This document shows, piece after piece, positions 12,990 through 25,734 of a stretch of DNA of 64,000 nt; positions within the stretch are counted from its first letter, which is position 1, and every line of letters starts with the position of its first letter. The notes below the pieces were generated by a model. That model was not told the DNA's origin. It ran no database searches and saw nothing but the letters and a program-made list of their open reading frames with translations. The position numbers and the translations under genes are program-made. The stretch spans positions 99,014,001 to 99,078,000 of the forward strand of contig OZ286461.1 of assembly GCA_965644265.1 (NCBI GenBank), written 5' to 3'. This DNA comes from Glycera tridactyla (Eukaryota).

Positions 12990-13340
12990 TGAAAACTCAT
13001 CCATGTCTCAGTGCCTATATTTGAGGGAAGTGAATGGCGGTCTATCGCCTGGACAGGAAACCAATGTCTGTTGAACTTTATGGAAGACGAAGACGTGGGA
13101 AGAGTTTCAATAGTATGAGTCACAACCCATTCTGACAATTGATAAAGGAACTGGAATATGAGTCGGTGGTTCACTCTACGAATAATGACCAAAGATGATG
13201 GCAAGGATGCACTTACGGAGAGTTACGATGAGTTTCTATTTTAGGTGAGAACTCTTGCGCAATTCACTAATCATCACCTTCGCATCAGGAATAGTACTTC
13301 TCAACTCTGGTTGAAGCCTGTACGTGCCAACCATATTCCC
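12990..13340 (-). pseudogene. Possible decayed SGNH/esterase-like LINE ORF1 fragment
   Basis: Minus strand STEVGNMVGTYRLQPELRSTIPDAKVMISEL (13259-13351 region), then IIRRVNHRL and a D..IH-like remnant near 13025-13045. Broken by stops and frameshifts. Confidence 0.35.
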
Positions 13341-13562
13341 TACTTCTGTTGATTATTTCCCGCCACGCGGAATTTCTACTACCCATCGGGCTTAGCGGAG
13401 CTTATATGTATACTAATAACTTAATTGATAACTACTCCTCAAATAACTAACACTAACCCCATCGCCCATGTGCAACAAAATCTCTCACATTTATTTCTTT
13501 CGTTCTGATAATACTCATGTTTTTGCTCTCACTTGTACATATAGTTGTTTTGAGTTATCTTT

Positions 13563-16500
13563 TTGTTGCTCCTTCAAGGAGCTATGTTACCTTTTCCAAC
13601 TCCCAATCCCCTGTCCGACATGGAGTACACTGTTAGAGCGTTAGCACAACAGAAACGAATAGGAATAGGCTTCCTAAATGTACGGAGTGTGGTAAGAAAA
13701 CAAGATGATATTGAAATCTTAATGAAACAAAGCAATCTGAAGATATCAGCATTGTCCGAAACCTTCCTCAACTCGTCCATCAGTGATCCTGAAATAAATA
13801 TTCAGGGCTTCAGACTACACAGAAGTGACAGAACCCCAGCAAGTGGGAAGTTATCCGGTGGAGGCCCCTAGTATACAGCAACCTTGAGCTTATGTGTAGT
13901 ACTGTAGACAACTCACATTACGGATCACCCAATATCGAAATCATCTGGACAAAACTCGAGCTCCCACATACAAGAAACACATATATCGTCACTGTCTACA
14001 GACCACCTGCTGGCAATGTCCAAGCAGCCATTGATGAGTTAAGCGAGAGCTTTCACAGAGTCCAGCCAGAATATCACTCAGATATTGTTATGCTCGGGGA
14101 CCTAAATATTAACTTGCTCACGCATACATTGGGTGTCCGAAGATTGAAGAGCTTCGGGAGGTACCATCGCTTAAAACAAGTCATCAACCACCCTACCTGA
14201 GTTGACGGGGATTCCGCCACTCTTATCGATCACATTCGGGCAAGCAACACATCAGTTTTTTCATAGTGGTACGCTAAACCCAGGAATAAGTGAGCATTCA
14301 ATGGTATATATTTTCCGTAAGCGCGTGAAGCTAAGTCGGGTAAGACGTACCATCAGCTTTCAATCCAAAAGAAATCTTAATCAAAACTTCATGAATTGCG
14401 ACCTTGAAGTAACATGTAGAGATAACTTGATGCCGAGACTGGTCTTGACGATCAACTCACGAGTCTCAATGCTGCCTTTGAATCCGTTCTCGATCGTCAT
14501 ATGCCTTTAGTTGAAAAAAAACATGTCGATTAGAAAATGCCCCGTGGGCAACTACCACATACCAGGATTGGATCGATAAACGCGCGTACTGGTCCAGTAG
14601 ATATGATAGAACACAGAACAAAGCCCACAAAGCACAGAAACTTTATTGTATTGCTAAGTGTCAAGAGCTGAGAGAGTTCCTGAAGTGTAATTACCTGAAT
14701 CAGCGTATCGAAGAGGCAGGAAATGACAGTAAGAAGCTGTGGCGTGTGTTCCGTTCTCTCTGGCCAAAGAGCAAGTCAAAAGACTGTAGTACACCTCGTC
14801 TAACTAATTGTGAAACTGACCTAGATAACGCCACGGCACTTAACAGTTTTTTCTGCAATAAAGGGCCTCAGCTTGCTGCACGTATCCCACCTGTTGAGGC
14901 TCCCACCCATGCTCCATATTACGGAAATCGTTGTACTCTGGCAAAAGTCTCTGAAAAGAATATTCATGATGCAATTAAAGGTCTAAAAAGCTCGGGTGCA
15001 CGAGCTGAAGATGCTTTTAGCAATGATTCGATCTAACTGTTTGCCCCAAGTCTCACCAAGATCTTACATCCAATGATAAACTCTAGTATAGAATCGAGCA
15101 CCTTCCCCACTGCATGGAAAAGAGCTGTAATTACGCCAGTTGCAAAGGGACAACCTATCAGTGAACCTAGTCATTTCAGACCAATTTCTGTGCTGCCCAG
15201 TCTCGGAAAGTTGGCAGAACGTATGACCCATGAGCAATGTGTATCTTTCTTGGATGCAAACATGATCGTGTCGGGGGCCCAGTCCAGTTTCAGGAAGCAC
15301 CACTCCACAACCACTTGCCTAACCGTTTTCACGCATAGTATACATAATACAATGGACTGTGGTGAGATTGTAGGAGTTGTGTTCCTGGACCTGGCCAAGG
15401 CCTTCGACACGGTCAATCATGATCTGCTACTTCAGGATCTAATGCAATGTGGGATGGACACAAACACACTCACATGGTTCGAGAGTCATCTTTCAGGTAG
15501 AAGGCAAGCCACTGAAATCGATAATGATGTATCAAATATTGATAATGTGACCTGTGGAGTCTCGCAGGGGTCCATCTTGGGACCCCTGCTTTCCAGTCTT
15601 TACATTAATTTACTGCAGAACTACATGCACCATGCCAGTTTGTCGATGTATACCGATGACATGGCAATATTTGTAACCGGCAGAGATATTGAGGCTGTTT
15701 CTGACCAATTGGCAATTGGCCAGCGACATGGACAGATTTGAATACTTTTTTAGACAAAAAAAACTCAGTCTGAACATGGACAAATCCTGTTGTATGATTT
15801 TCGGTACCCCTCAAAAATTATCTTCAATACCATCTGTTGAAACTGTGCTTGGTCAAAGGCTGGGCTTGAACCAAGGATACACTATGAAATATCTAGGCTT
15901 GACCTTGGACCAGAATTTAACTTTTAAAACACATATAGCCATGTTGATCAAAAATCTGAAATCAAAAACAGCACAGTTATCCAGAAGCAGGCACCTCATG
16001 GATATCACCTCTGCGAGGAAACTCGCTCTTACTGTTATTTTATCATCAGTCAACTATGCATGTACCATTTATTCTGGGGCTAGTGAATCGGCTCTTGGAG
16101 GCATTGACCGTGCATATGAAGACCTGGTAAGTACCCTTGCCTTGGCAAACCACAGCACTCCCCTGTGCGATCTGCTCTCTATCTGCAAATTAACCACTCT
16201 AGTTAACATTCGAAAGAGAGCCATTTTATTGGAAATGTTCAAGATAAGGCACCGTGAGTCCTCTACCACACTGTTTGAAGAGATGTCATTGTACATGCCT
16301 GATTATAATCGAGATCAGTATCGCACAATGGGAATGTTGAGGGGCAACATGATAATCCCGCCATATACGACTGTAATTGGTAGCCGCTCTTTCATTACCA
16401 GGGCAGTTAAGGCCTGGAATAAAAGGCCGGCATGCTTGCAATCAGCAACTTCATCAAAGGCATACGTGACTTGCTACTACTTAGTATTTGATGTAACTCT

Positions 16501-16940
16501 AATTACTGCTCGATCATTATTGCTCTATCACACAATGTCATGACAATTATTAATCGGCAATTGGTTACTGCAACACTTTGTTTTGCGACATATTACTAAA
16601 ACACTATCCTATGCTTCAGTTAGAAGTTGCACGTTTAAGTTTGCCATTGAGCCTGTTAAATCGCTGTGCTGGTTCTTGTGCATGTTTTTAATTTTGGAAC
16701 TTATTTAGTCCAGCATATATTTTTACATGTATCGCTGTGAGTAAGTTAGCATACCGTCTTCACATATTCTTACTTACGAAAGTATGTCTATGTGTCCTGA
16801 TAAAAGGACGGGGGAGTATTTTTGTATTTACCATCAAGCATTTCTCCCATCGGCGCTCACGCGCAGATAGAATAGGCCCCCCTCTGACGCTGTGAGCTGA
16901 TAAATAAATTATATTATCTGTTATCTGTTATCTGTTATAC
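13563..16940 (+). mobile_element. CR1/L2-group (Crack/Daphne-like) LINE: ORF2 pseudogene with APE endonuclease and RT, plus 3' UTR and tail
   Basis: APE motifs FLNVRS, ALSET, HRSDR..GGG, VYRPP, MLGDLN, TLIDH, SEH. RT motifs WKRAVITPVAK, FRPISVLP, QSSFRKHHST, FLDLAKAFDTVNH, QGSILGP, MYTDD, KYLGLTLD. C-terminal RSFITRAVKAWN. Ends in a stem-loop (16855-16897), ATAAATAAA and a (TTATCTG)3 tail. Multiple stops and frameshifts, so inactive. Confidence 0.95.
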
Positions 16941-17049
16941 CAAATGGCTCTCAAAAAATAATACGGCTGACTAATGATACTCCTGTTTGCTATTTGGTTA
17001 GAGAAAAATCCACCGTATGACGCCAGTCATATGAGTGGCCCCTTGTCAT

Positions 17050-17490
17050 GATATATGCTCTATCAGTTTTTCTTTGGATTTCTCGCTACCTTGAAGAACA
17101 CATAAATAGCTTTTATTGTCCGTCTGTTATGGAAACTCATCCTGCTACATTGTCTTTGAAAAGGATACACAATGTGTGCAAGCCGCAAGTACTCATTCCG
17201 ATAAGAAAATGTTTGCATTCTATCGATTGTGCTCTATTACCCTACGGGTAATTGCTCATGTCTCTTATGAAAATATTTGACGGTATCTGGGTTTACCTAC
17301 GATCCTTAGATACATTTTTCTCTTGTACCTCATATCTGCATTGTTTTTTTTGGGAGTTCTCTTGTCATTGTATGTCGTGTATTACTGCATAACGTGGCTC
17401 GCGCCCGGGTAAGATAGGTCCCCTCCCGTGGTTAGAGCATTTCAAAAATAAAGATCTGTATTCTGTATCTGTATTATTCTGTATTCTGTA
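17050..17490 (+). mobile_element. 3' terminal fragment of a second CR1-group LINE
   Basis: Stem-loop at 17397-17438, AATAAA at 17447 and a (TCTGTAT)n-like tail at 17455-17490. The 5' boundary is uncertain. Confidence 0.6.
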
Positions 17491-17904
17491 ATTATTTTGA
17501 GCTCCCTACCAACCTGTCATCACTATTGATTTTTTGCTATAAGATATGTAATCTGCTACTGATAATTCCGACACCGAGATCCCATCAATCGTAGTTGTAT
17601 AGTGAGAGATGCAATGTGTCTGCAAAATGTCTCCAAAATTCCCGAGACCTCTCCGTGGTTTCACACTTCAGCTGGGATTGCAAGTTTGTTGGTATACATT
17701 AGGTTTACATTAGAGTGCGAATGGGGAATTGGTATGAATAGTCGCTCAACGTCGGGAATTTGAATGTGCTTCTGGTTTATTGAATATATTTCGAATTCTC
17801 ATCACATCGAGTGACCCGAGTGCAGAGAATGGTATTTACATGAAGCTGAATATGTTTCAAGACAACATGTACAAGTTTAAGCACGATTGTAGTTAGTGAA
17901 CAGA

Positions 17905-18930
17905 CCAGTCTTCAGCTTTTGACACGGTCGATCTCAACGTGACTTGATAGACTAGAGGCAGGCCTTACTGGCATGATCCTCCTCCCACGGCCTCAGTATC
18001 AGTCTCTCACAGTCCTTCCGCCAGTAACGGACTTTTGTTGTCCCTGAAGGATCCATCCCTGGTCTCAATCTTCTTATCATCTACACGCTAACTCTCTGTG
18101 ACATATTGCAGACAATTAGACGTTTTGTCATAATGCTGATGACGCTCAGGTTTGTTTGACATTCAATGGCTATGACCTGGTCACAAAATCATCAACAATC
18201 CATTGCTTAAAGCAGGTCATGGTGCTGATAAACGGACACAAACACGAAGACTTTAAGACTGAATTATTCCTCTTCATTGACCCAAGCGATCACTAACAAA
18301 GCCCCAGGAGAACAAGATATGGGATGACATCATCAGCAGTTTCATCAAAAATCTTGGTGTCATCTTTGATAGTGGCTTTACCCTCACCTTACCTTTACCT
18401 TGTAGCTGTAAAGACCTCGAACAACGCTGATCTCATCCAAACTCGACTATTTTGATAGTGCCCTCCTCTGACTCCCATCACCCAACATCCAACATCAGTG
18501 TGCTGCTTGATTGACAGTATCCCGAAATAACCACAAGCATATCACCTTTATCCTTGAAAACCTTCACTGACTCTTCATCGCACTTCATGACATGGTCCCT
18601 CACTATCTGTCGCAGGTATACTATTCTCATACCCCTTCCTGCTCCCTTGGTTCCTCTGAGGAACACTCTCCCATAGATCCGAATACACATTCATAATCCG
18701 GGGAATGAAGCCTCAGCCTATGTCACTATGACCCTATCCGACCCGAAAATCGGCATTGCACATAATTTCATCACTTCCAAGTTCAGACATGAAGCCCACT
18801 CGTTCACCATCATTCCTCACCATAATTTCGTGACTACATGTATTGCTTTTTCTTCAAGGTACACACCTATGTAAATTGCCCATGAGCTGTAAAGGACGGC
18901 ACGCTATTTATAGATGCACTCATTCATTTC
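17905..18930 (+). mobile_element. Decayed 5'-truncated L2-clade LINE
   Basis: SAFDTVD (17912), VPEGSIPG..IYT (18040), H-NADDAQ..LTF (~18129), NLGVIFDS (~18351), SKLDYFDSALL (~18437), HITFILENLH (~18538). L2-like 3' end gtaaattgcccatgag...cgctatttatagatgc followed by (TCAT)n. Confidence 0.85.
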
Positions 18931-20974
18931 ACTATTGGATATAGAGACTATACAGCAAACAAACAAAGCTCTGATTCGTGAAAGCACCTGGCGATTTCAT
19001 GCGATTCGGAAAAAAACATTCAGATACATACCTACTCGAACTTTATAGCATCATATTGAAGGATGTGGAGAGAAGATGGTTCGAGCTCAAGGATATAATA
19101 GCATATCGAACATGAAGCTTTGATGTTCCGTACTTACCGGCATATCTAGATTGTATGATAGACTAGGTAAGGGAAGTAATCATGATGACTTTTAATTATC
19201 ACTCGATGAGTGTATGATTGTACCCTATTCGTATCTCTCGCAGCTCAATAACCAGGATCCCAATGACGTCAGCACCAATCCAATTCATCGGTCACCAGCG
19301 AACTCTGACACGCACTCGCCAATCCACATTTGATCCATTCAATGTTGGAGCGGTGGTCGTTCTCAACTGACTCGGGGAATAAATGAAACGGGGGGGGGGG
19401 GGAGGGCTGACACCAGAGTAGACCACTTGCCTTGTGTGTCAATAATGGAGGATGTAAATTGCCCCTCGAGAATTTCGAGGGTAATTGAGACAGATAGTTA
19501 GTTTGGACTTGCATAATTCGTCATCAGCGCATGGCATTATTATGGGATGAGTACAAGTAGGCATAATCCACACTGTCATACATCATACTTCAACTGGCAT
19601 GAAGAGCGCACACACTGCTGATACTTCGAAAATCACCGAATCTCACAGAAATGACGTCCCAGAATATGTTTACAACAGAATACTGATATAAGATCTTTTC
19701 ATTTTGACAACAAATGTGATCAACTCGATGAAAATTCTGTCCAGTAAGACCTACATAGGTGCGTGGACAAGTATGTATGTTGATGTGTGTTGTTGATAAG
19801 ATGTATGTGTATGTGTATGCGTGTGTCTGTACAAGCATCCGAAACTGGGAATATGACATTGAGTAAAAAGTAACGGTGCTGCTAGGTCGTTGTGCTGATA
19901 CCGGCATTTGAACATTGCTTCTGGTACTGGCGCCGGTAGTATATGTCCGTACTATTGTTTGTACATGTTCTTCTACCACTTGTGCTCTGACTTGTTATGT
20001 CAACATCAATACAGTTATTTGTACATCTGTCACTGGTGCCAGTGCTAATGTTCCTAGCATTGCATCGGCCTCGTGCTAGTGCCGGTGCGCCTATCATTTA
20101 GCTGGTTCTATCGATATTTGTATTGCTATCATTTCGCTGACACTTGTGGCATTGGTCCTGATGTAGCTATCATTTTGATGTGAATAAACCAACTAGCCAA
20201 CCAACCATCTTCTCAGCATAATGTCTTTGGTACATTTCTGTTACACTGGGCTGTTGACTAACGAACACTCATATGAGTCTATATCCTTCACTCCACTCTT
20301 TCGCAGAAAAACCATTATGAATAATTCTGGTCTTAACCCGCTAGTATAAATCTGAGACAATGTAGTGTGATGTTGAACGATTTCCAAGAATTTGGTGTCC
20401 CAGCTGATGCTCTTCGCATACTCTCAGTACGGGCAATCAAAATGCTAATATTGTGGCAGATGAGGAGGGATCCTTTTGCCTTCTTTTAGTGTTCAGGGTC
20501 AGTCATGATAGATGACGTCATTATAAGCAATGTCTAGTAGTTTGTATGATGACTCTCTTATTCAATTTGTGTCTGTAACACAAGAATTTATATCGTGCTC
20601 GTCAATGAGTTTCATGCTAGTTAGCCGCCAGACACTATATCACATGACTTCTTTTCTACCGGATTATACAGCTCACAGAGAAATGATTTCATCAATGGAG
20701 ATTGTATTGCCAATCAAGATGATTTGCTGCATAATCAGCGTGAATGTTCATCTGCCACACATGACATCTGAATGGTAGCACAAACCTGAGCTTTCCACTC
20801 TTTAATGAGCTCGATTGGTCACGTACGCGCCTCTCGACATGCCGAGTCGTGCTATCTCCTTATGTTACGAGCTCTTATCATTACTCCTTAGCTGATACTT
20901 GGCTGACATGAATGTATTGATGCTCGAATGGAATCATAGTCCCAATTATGGACCCTAACAACTTCTTCACCCAC

Positions 20975-21127
20975 CTATCTATCCATGTATCTATCTATGT
21001 ATCCATCTATGTATCTATCTATGGATCTATCTATGGATCTGTGTGTCTGTCTGTGTGTCTGTCCCTTCATTATTCGATATAATTGAGAGAGGGGGAGGTA
21101 GGAGGGCATGTGCATGTGAGTGAGTGA

Positions 21128-21194
<67 letters not shown>

Positions 21195-21215
21195 TGTGTG
21201 TGTCTGTGTGTGTGT
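20975..21215. repeat. Compound microsatellite: (TATC/TGTC)n then (GT)n
   Basis: tatctatc/tgtctgtc units at 20975-21062; GT run at 21131-21215. Confidence 0.95.
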
Positions 21216-24200
21216 TTGAGGGGTCCACTCCGATGGCTACAGGTATGCGTATATCATTCCACATATCAAATATGGTGCGCATACGTACTCTGTCACAAAA
21301 AGGAGTCAACTAATCAGTGCCCAACAGACGCATTCTGACGGCCATTGAAGAATATTTTGTTCGAATTTGAATGAAATTATGTGGCATGTCCTACACCTCG
21401 AAATCACCGATATAGCTATTGCCGAATCAAGTCACATACAGAGGACTATTGCAGTCACTTATGGTCCGCAATATGCTCACACACATAGACAGCTGAATAT
21501 TCCACTTGAAGGTGTGATATGTAGAGAAAACGATATTCAGACATTTGTTAATTATGTCCCAATCCTAGTTTGTGTGATTGGGTTTATACCTGCTGGACCA
21601 ATAATTGTTTGACTCATGATCACCTATATATGCTAATATTGCCACTCTAATGAAGCTAACAGCAGAGAATATAGAGCAATCCTCTGGCATACATAATATC
21701 AGAAATCACAGTGAATCACACCCATTTTGTATCACTCTTCGATCGAATATATTCGGTATATATTCGACATCAACTTTGTCAGAATAATGAAGCATCCCAA
21801 GTCGATTCTGTCTTTATGCCATCTTTTATGGGATCAGAACGTTTGTGGCAGACACAAATTCCATTTGCTCGTCTGTCATGCAACAACTGACGTCTAGCAT
21901 CGGTGTCCGTCTGATTCATTACAGCGGTATTGGTCACCCCCCCCCCCCCCCCCCATCAAGAGATGGACCACTTCAGAGTATCATACATTAGGCCTTATTA
22001 TAGTTGAGTATTCTCGTGGCACGTTTTGTGGAACGCAGCTCGTTTTCGATAGATCACAAGCACGAATCCATGTGAGCAGTTAACAGCTGGAGACGTATAT
22101 CATCATGATTCATGCATTAGTGACGTCACTTTTACGATTTCAATTTCTTCCCTCCTGTCAACATGTGGCTCTCAATCTGGATCGTGATGCTTGCATCGAA
22201 TGGAGGGCAAGAGAGCGGGCATGTGCTACCCTATGCAACGCATAGGAAGACATTTCATTGTCTACTTCGGTTACAATCTGTGTATTCTATCCGCCGTGAA
22301 ACACTCGGTGTTTTTGAGCAATGATTATTTGTGTCGACTAAAGCGTCATGGATGAATCACCTCTTCTCAAAATGGCGATTCTGAAATTTTGTGCAGATGA
22401 TATTTCCGTCGGGTTTTGCACTGGTGCTCATGCTACCACCGGATCCACTCGTATTCATGTTGCTTGTATTGTTTCTGGTTTTGGTAGTGCAGTGAATGAA
22501 ATCAAATCCTGATTCTGTTCGTGATGGTGCCCATACTCGCTCTGGCAATAATGATGTTGCCATCGCAATTAATACCATTAATACTGATACGATCATTGGT
22601 ACTGACAGCTTAAACTCCGGTGCCAACGCTGGTACTAGTGCTGCTTATGTATGTGCTTGTATTGTGGTTGATGATATTGGCCCGGAATCTGTAATCCAAG
22701 GAATATTCGGGATGATTCTTTTTTTTCTCTCGAGAATATATACCGGTATTGCTACCACTATCTTCGCAAGTAACAATGGTAATACCGCCACTGATACTGG
22801 CAGCACAGCACTGACTCTGGTGTATATTGCTGCTGACGCAGTTGCTTGCACTCGTGTTCAAAACACTGGCTCTGATAGTGGTCTGAGTCGTGTTGGCGCT
22901 GATACCACATATGTTATCATCAGCGTTGGTTCAGGGGCTGCTCAAAGCAAAACAACCTACCAATCAAGCAGCCAACCAAAGATGATGATGATGATGGTTC
23001 TTCCATGGTTACCTGAGACAACCATGGTGCTACCAATGCATCTCTGACGCAAATATGATAGAGGTGCCTGAAAATGTCATGGGATGTCTATAACTCCACA
23101 AGTTTCAGTAAAATGTTAACTTCTTACGATACAGAGCTAATGAAAGTCATCTCACCATCCACGAGACTAGAGCACAACATCAATCCACATGAAATCCGAT
23201 GGACTATTCCTATAGTCTAAAAGCCGTACGTGATAACTAGATTCATGTGCATTATATGTATATTTGCCTTCACATGCTGTCATTATTGATAAACTGACTG
23301 AACTTCTTTGAAAATGTCCGTTTCCCAGACATGAAGCTATACAGATAGAAGAATATAGATAGAAAATGCATAATAAAATTGAGACTCCATTTGTACCAGG
23401 CATAGGTTAAAGTATCAATCAGGCATTGACATATAGCAGGTGAAGTAAATCATGTAGATTTATGACTACTTTATTGCCCCCTATATGACACCAATGCAGA
23501 CGTCTCTACTCCACACCATCAGTCATCTGCTACGAGCAGTCTCATGCAAACATCGATCACTAGTTTAGCAGAACTGTTCATAACACACAATCCCAAGTCA
23601 GTCGACCAGAAGTCACACATCATGAGGCTGATGGCTGCTTCATCTACCATGCAGGTGGTAACCACGAGAGAGGTNNNNNNNNNNNNNNNNNNNNNNNNNN
23701 NNNNNNNNNNNNNNNNNNNNNNNNNNNNNNNNNNNNNNNNNNNNNNNNNNNNNNNNNNNNNNNNNNNNNNNNNNNNNNNNNNNNNNNNNNNNNNNNNNNN
23801 NNNNNNNNNNNNNNNNNNNNNNNNNNNNNNNNNNNNNNNNNNNNNNNNNCAATCTGACAATTCCAGGCCCCAACAGTGATTTTGAGCTGAAAAACATGAA
23901 GGCAGATCAGCCACACACCACCACACACAATCACAAACGAGCCGCAGCAGTACATCTCCTCGAACAAACGCCAGTACAAAAATGTACAATATGCTCTACT
24001 AAGACTAGACCATTCATCGAACTATAACATCCACACTTATCAACACTTGAGGATATGGAAGCTACTGGCTGGAATGAAAGTAAAAGAAGTCGAAAAAAAC
24101 AGAGGGTCTTCTGTTAAAGACACATGTGGCTTGCAATTGATGATTCTGGATGTTGTGCTTCAGAAGTAGATTTCTATTGATTGTTCCCCATCGATATGAA

Positions 24201-24459
24201 AAAAAAGGTTCAACTGAGCTGATGTCATCCACTCATTTCTCTGATCTGATAATGAACTGCGAACCTTCATGCCCATATCATCATAGCTATGTGTCGAATG
24301 TACAGATATTCATACTTTGTATATGAATCTCTGATGGGCATACAAATTTGAGTTCCATATTCTACGCGATATAACTTATCGATGATATTGAACCCAAAAT
24401 GGCTGCATGGACCACACACATGCGGAGAGATAGGTGCAGACACTTCAGTTATCTATGAG

Positions 24460-24700
24460 CAGCACTGTTTACTATAGTGAGCAGGGCTCCTCCCCGGATG
24501 GGTGACCAACATGGACAGGGTTCACCATTCCATACCGGGCCTGCACCATTGAACAGGTCTGTATGATCTGCATTACTCACTGGGGGGGCACTTCGAGGTA
24601 GTAACTGGTGGGACCTCTGTACTCAACCACTATACTTCACCACCTCACTTCACCCAGGTGCGAATGGGTACTTGCCATGTAGGCAGTGATGGTGATTGTA
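24460..24700 (+). mobile_element. SINE-like segment (possible 5S-derived head with a common metazoan SINE core)
   Basis: AGCAGGG...GGATGGGTGACC (24480-24507) resembles the 3' part of 5S rRNA (GGATGGGAGACC). CACCTCACTTCACCCAGGTGCGAATGGGTAC (24641-24671) resembles the CACCCAGxTGTAAATGGGTAC motif I recall from metazoan SINE bodies. Confidence 0.5.
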
Positions 24701-25316
24701 GAGTACTTAGCCCATGCGGTTAATTATGTGTTTGTGGTTGTGTACTTCTCAGGAATATGGGAAAAACATCAAGCTTGAACAGGCCTGTCAAGACATGTAT
24801 CTGTCGAGTGAACTTGCTAAGGATCTCAGACTGTAAGCCACTGCAATTACATTCACATATTTCACATCCTTGCCTATAGATGTTCTTACATTCGAATGGG
24901 AATGAGTGGTGTGGGTACATGTGTTGCAGTGTCCTATATGTAGGATGTAGGAAAGCGTAGATGTTATTGTCATCGAATTGATAATGACCTAGAATAGAAC
25001 ACACACAACCACACGCCTCAGTGAACCTACTGTACGGAACTCAAAATGACCTGACATTGACTTTGAGCATAGGATTAGATCAGTTGCGCATAGTCCGCCG
25101 CACAATTCGTTTCGTGGATACATCTGCTTTCAAGTGACTGCTAGTAACTCATGTCATTAATGCAATCTATGGTATATTCAAACCTGATCCTACTCTTTCA
25201 TGTTTATTCCATATTTTGAGCATGAATATCTTTCCATTACATGGCACTTTTCTGACCATCATATGACCTCAAAGGTTCAGCTTTTATTCAAGAGTTCAAC
25301 AAATTAGTTCAGAGTT

Positions 25317-25734
25317 TGGTTGCCATGGCAACCATGGCAACCAAGAGATTCCACCTGAAATCGCACATTTTTGAAATCCGGAATGAGTCCTGGGGGTTTA
25401 CATACAGGAGGAGCACATCATTTTGTTCATCTTGGAGGTCTCCATCAGTTCATAGGGGGGGGGGGGGGCTACTGAGATTTCGGAATATTTTTCCATAATA
25501 TCATGGAATAAAGATGGAAAAATGTCATTTTTCAAAATCAGAGGGCATATGTCATCAAAAATTGTGAAAACTACATGGAAATTCGAGTAGCCACCCATAG
25601 AATCTGTTAGAGGCTAAGTATTTGAATATAATTACATGCAACATTCATATCTACCATCTGGAAACTCATGGCGAAATTGCAAAATGTATGATTTCAGGGA
25701 GAAATCTTTACTTTGTTGGTTGCCATGGCAACCA
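25317..25734. promoter_or_regulatory. Two perfect 18-bp palindromes containing the RFX X-box consensus, probably carried by a DNA-transposon-like repeat
   Basis: TGGTTGCCATGGCAACCA at 25317-25334 and 25717-25734; the first has an extra CATGGCAACC half-site. Regulatory function not shown. Confidence 0.45.

Noticed and set aside
20330-20460. FDCPY*EY, a C2H2 zinc-finger-like remnant on the minus strand
   Set aside because: A stop replaces the second Cys and there is no properly spaced His pair.
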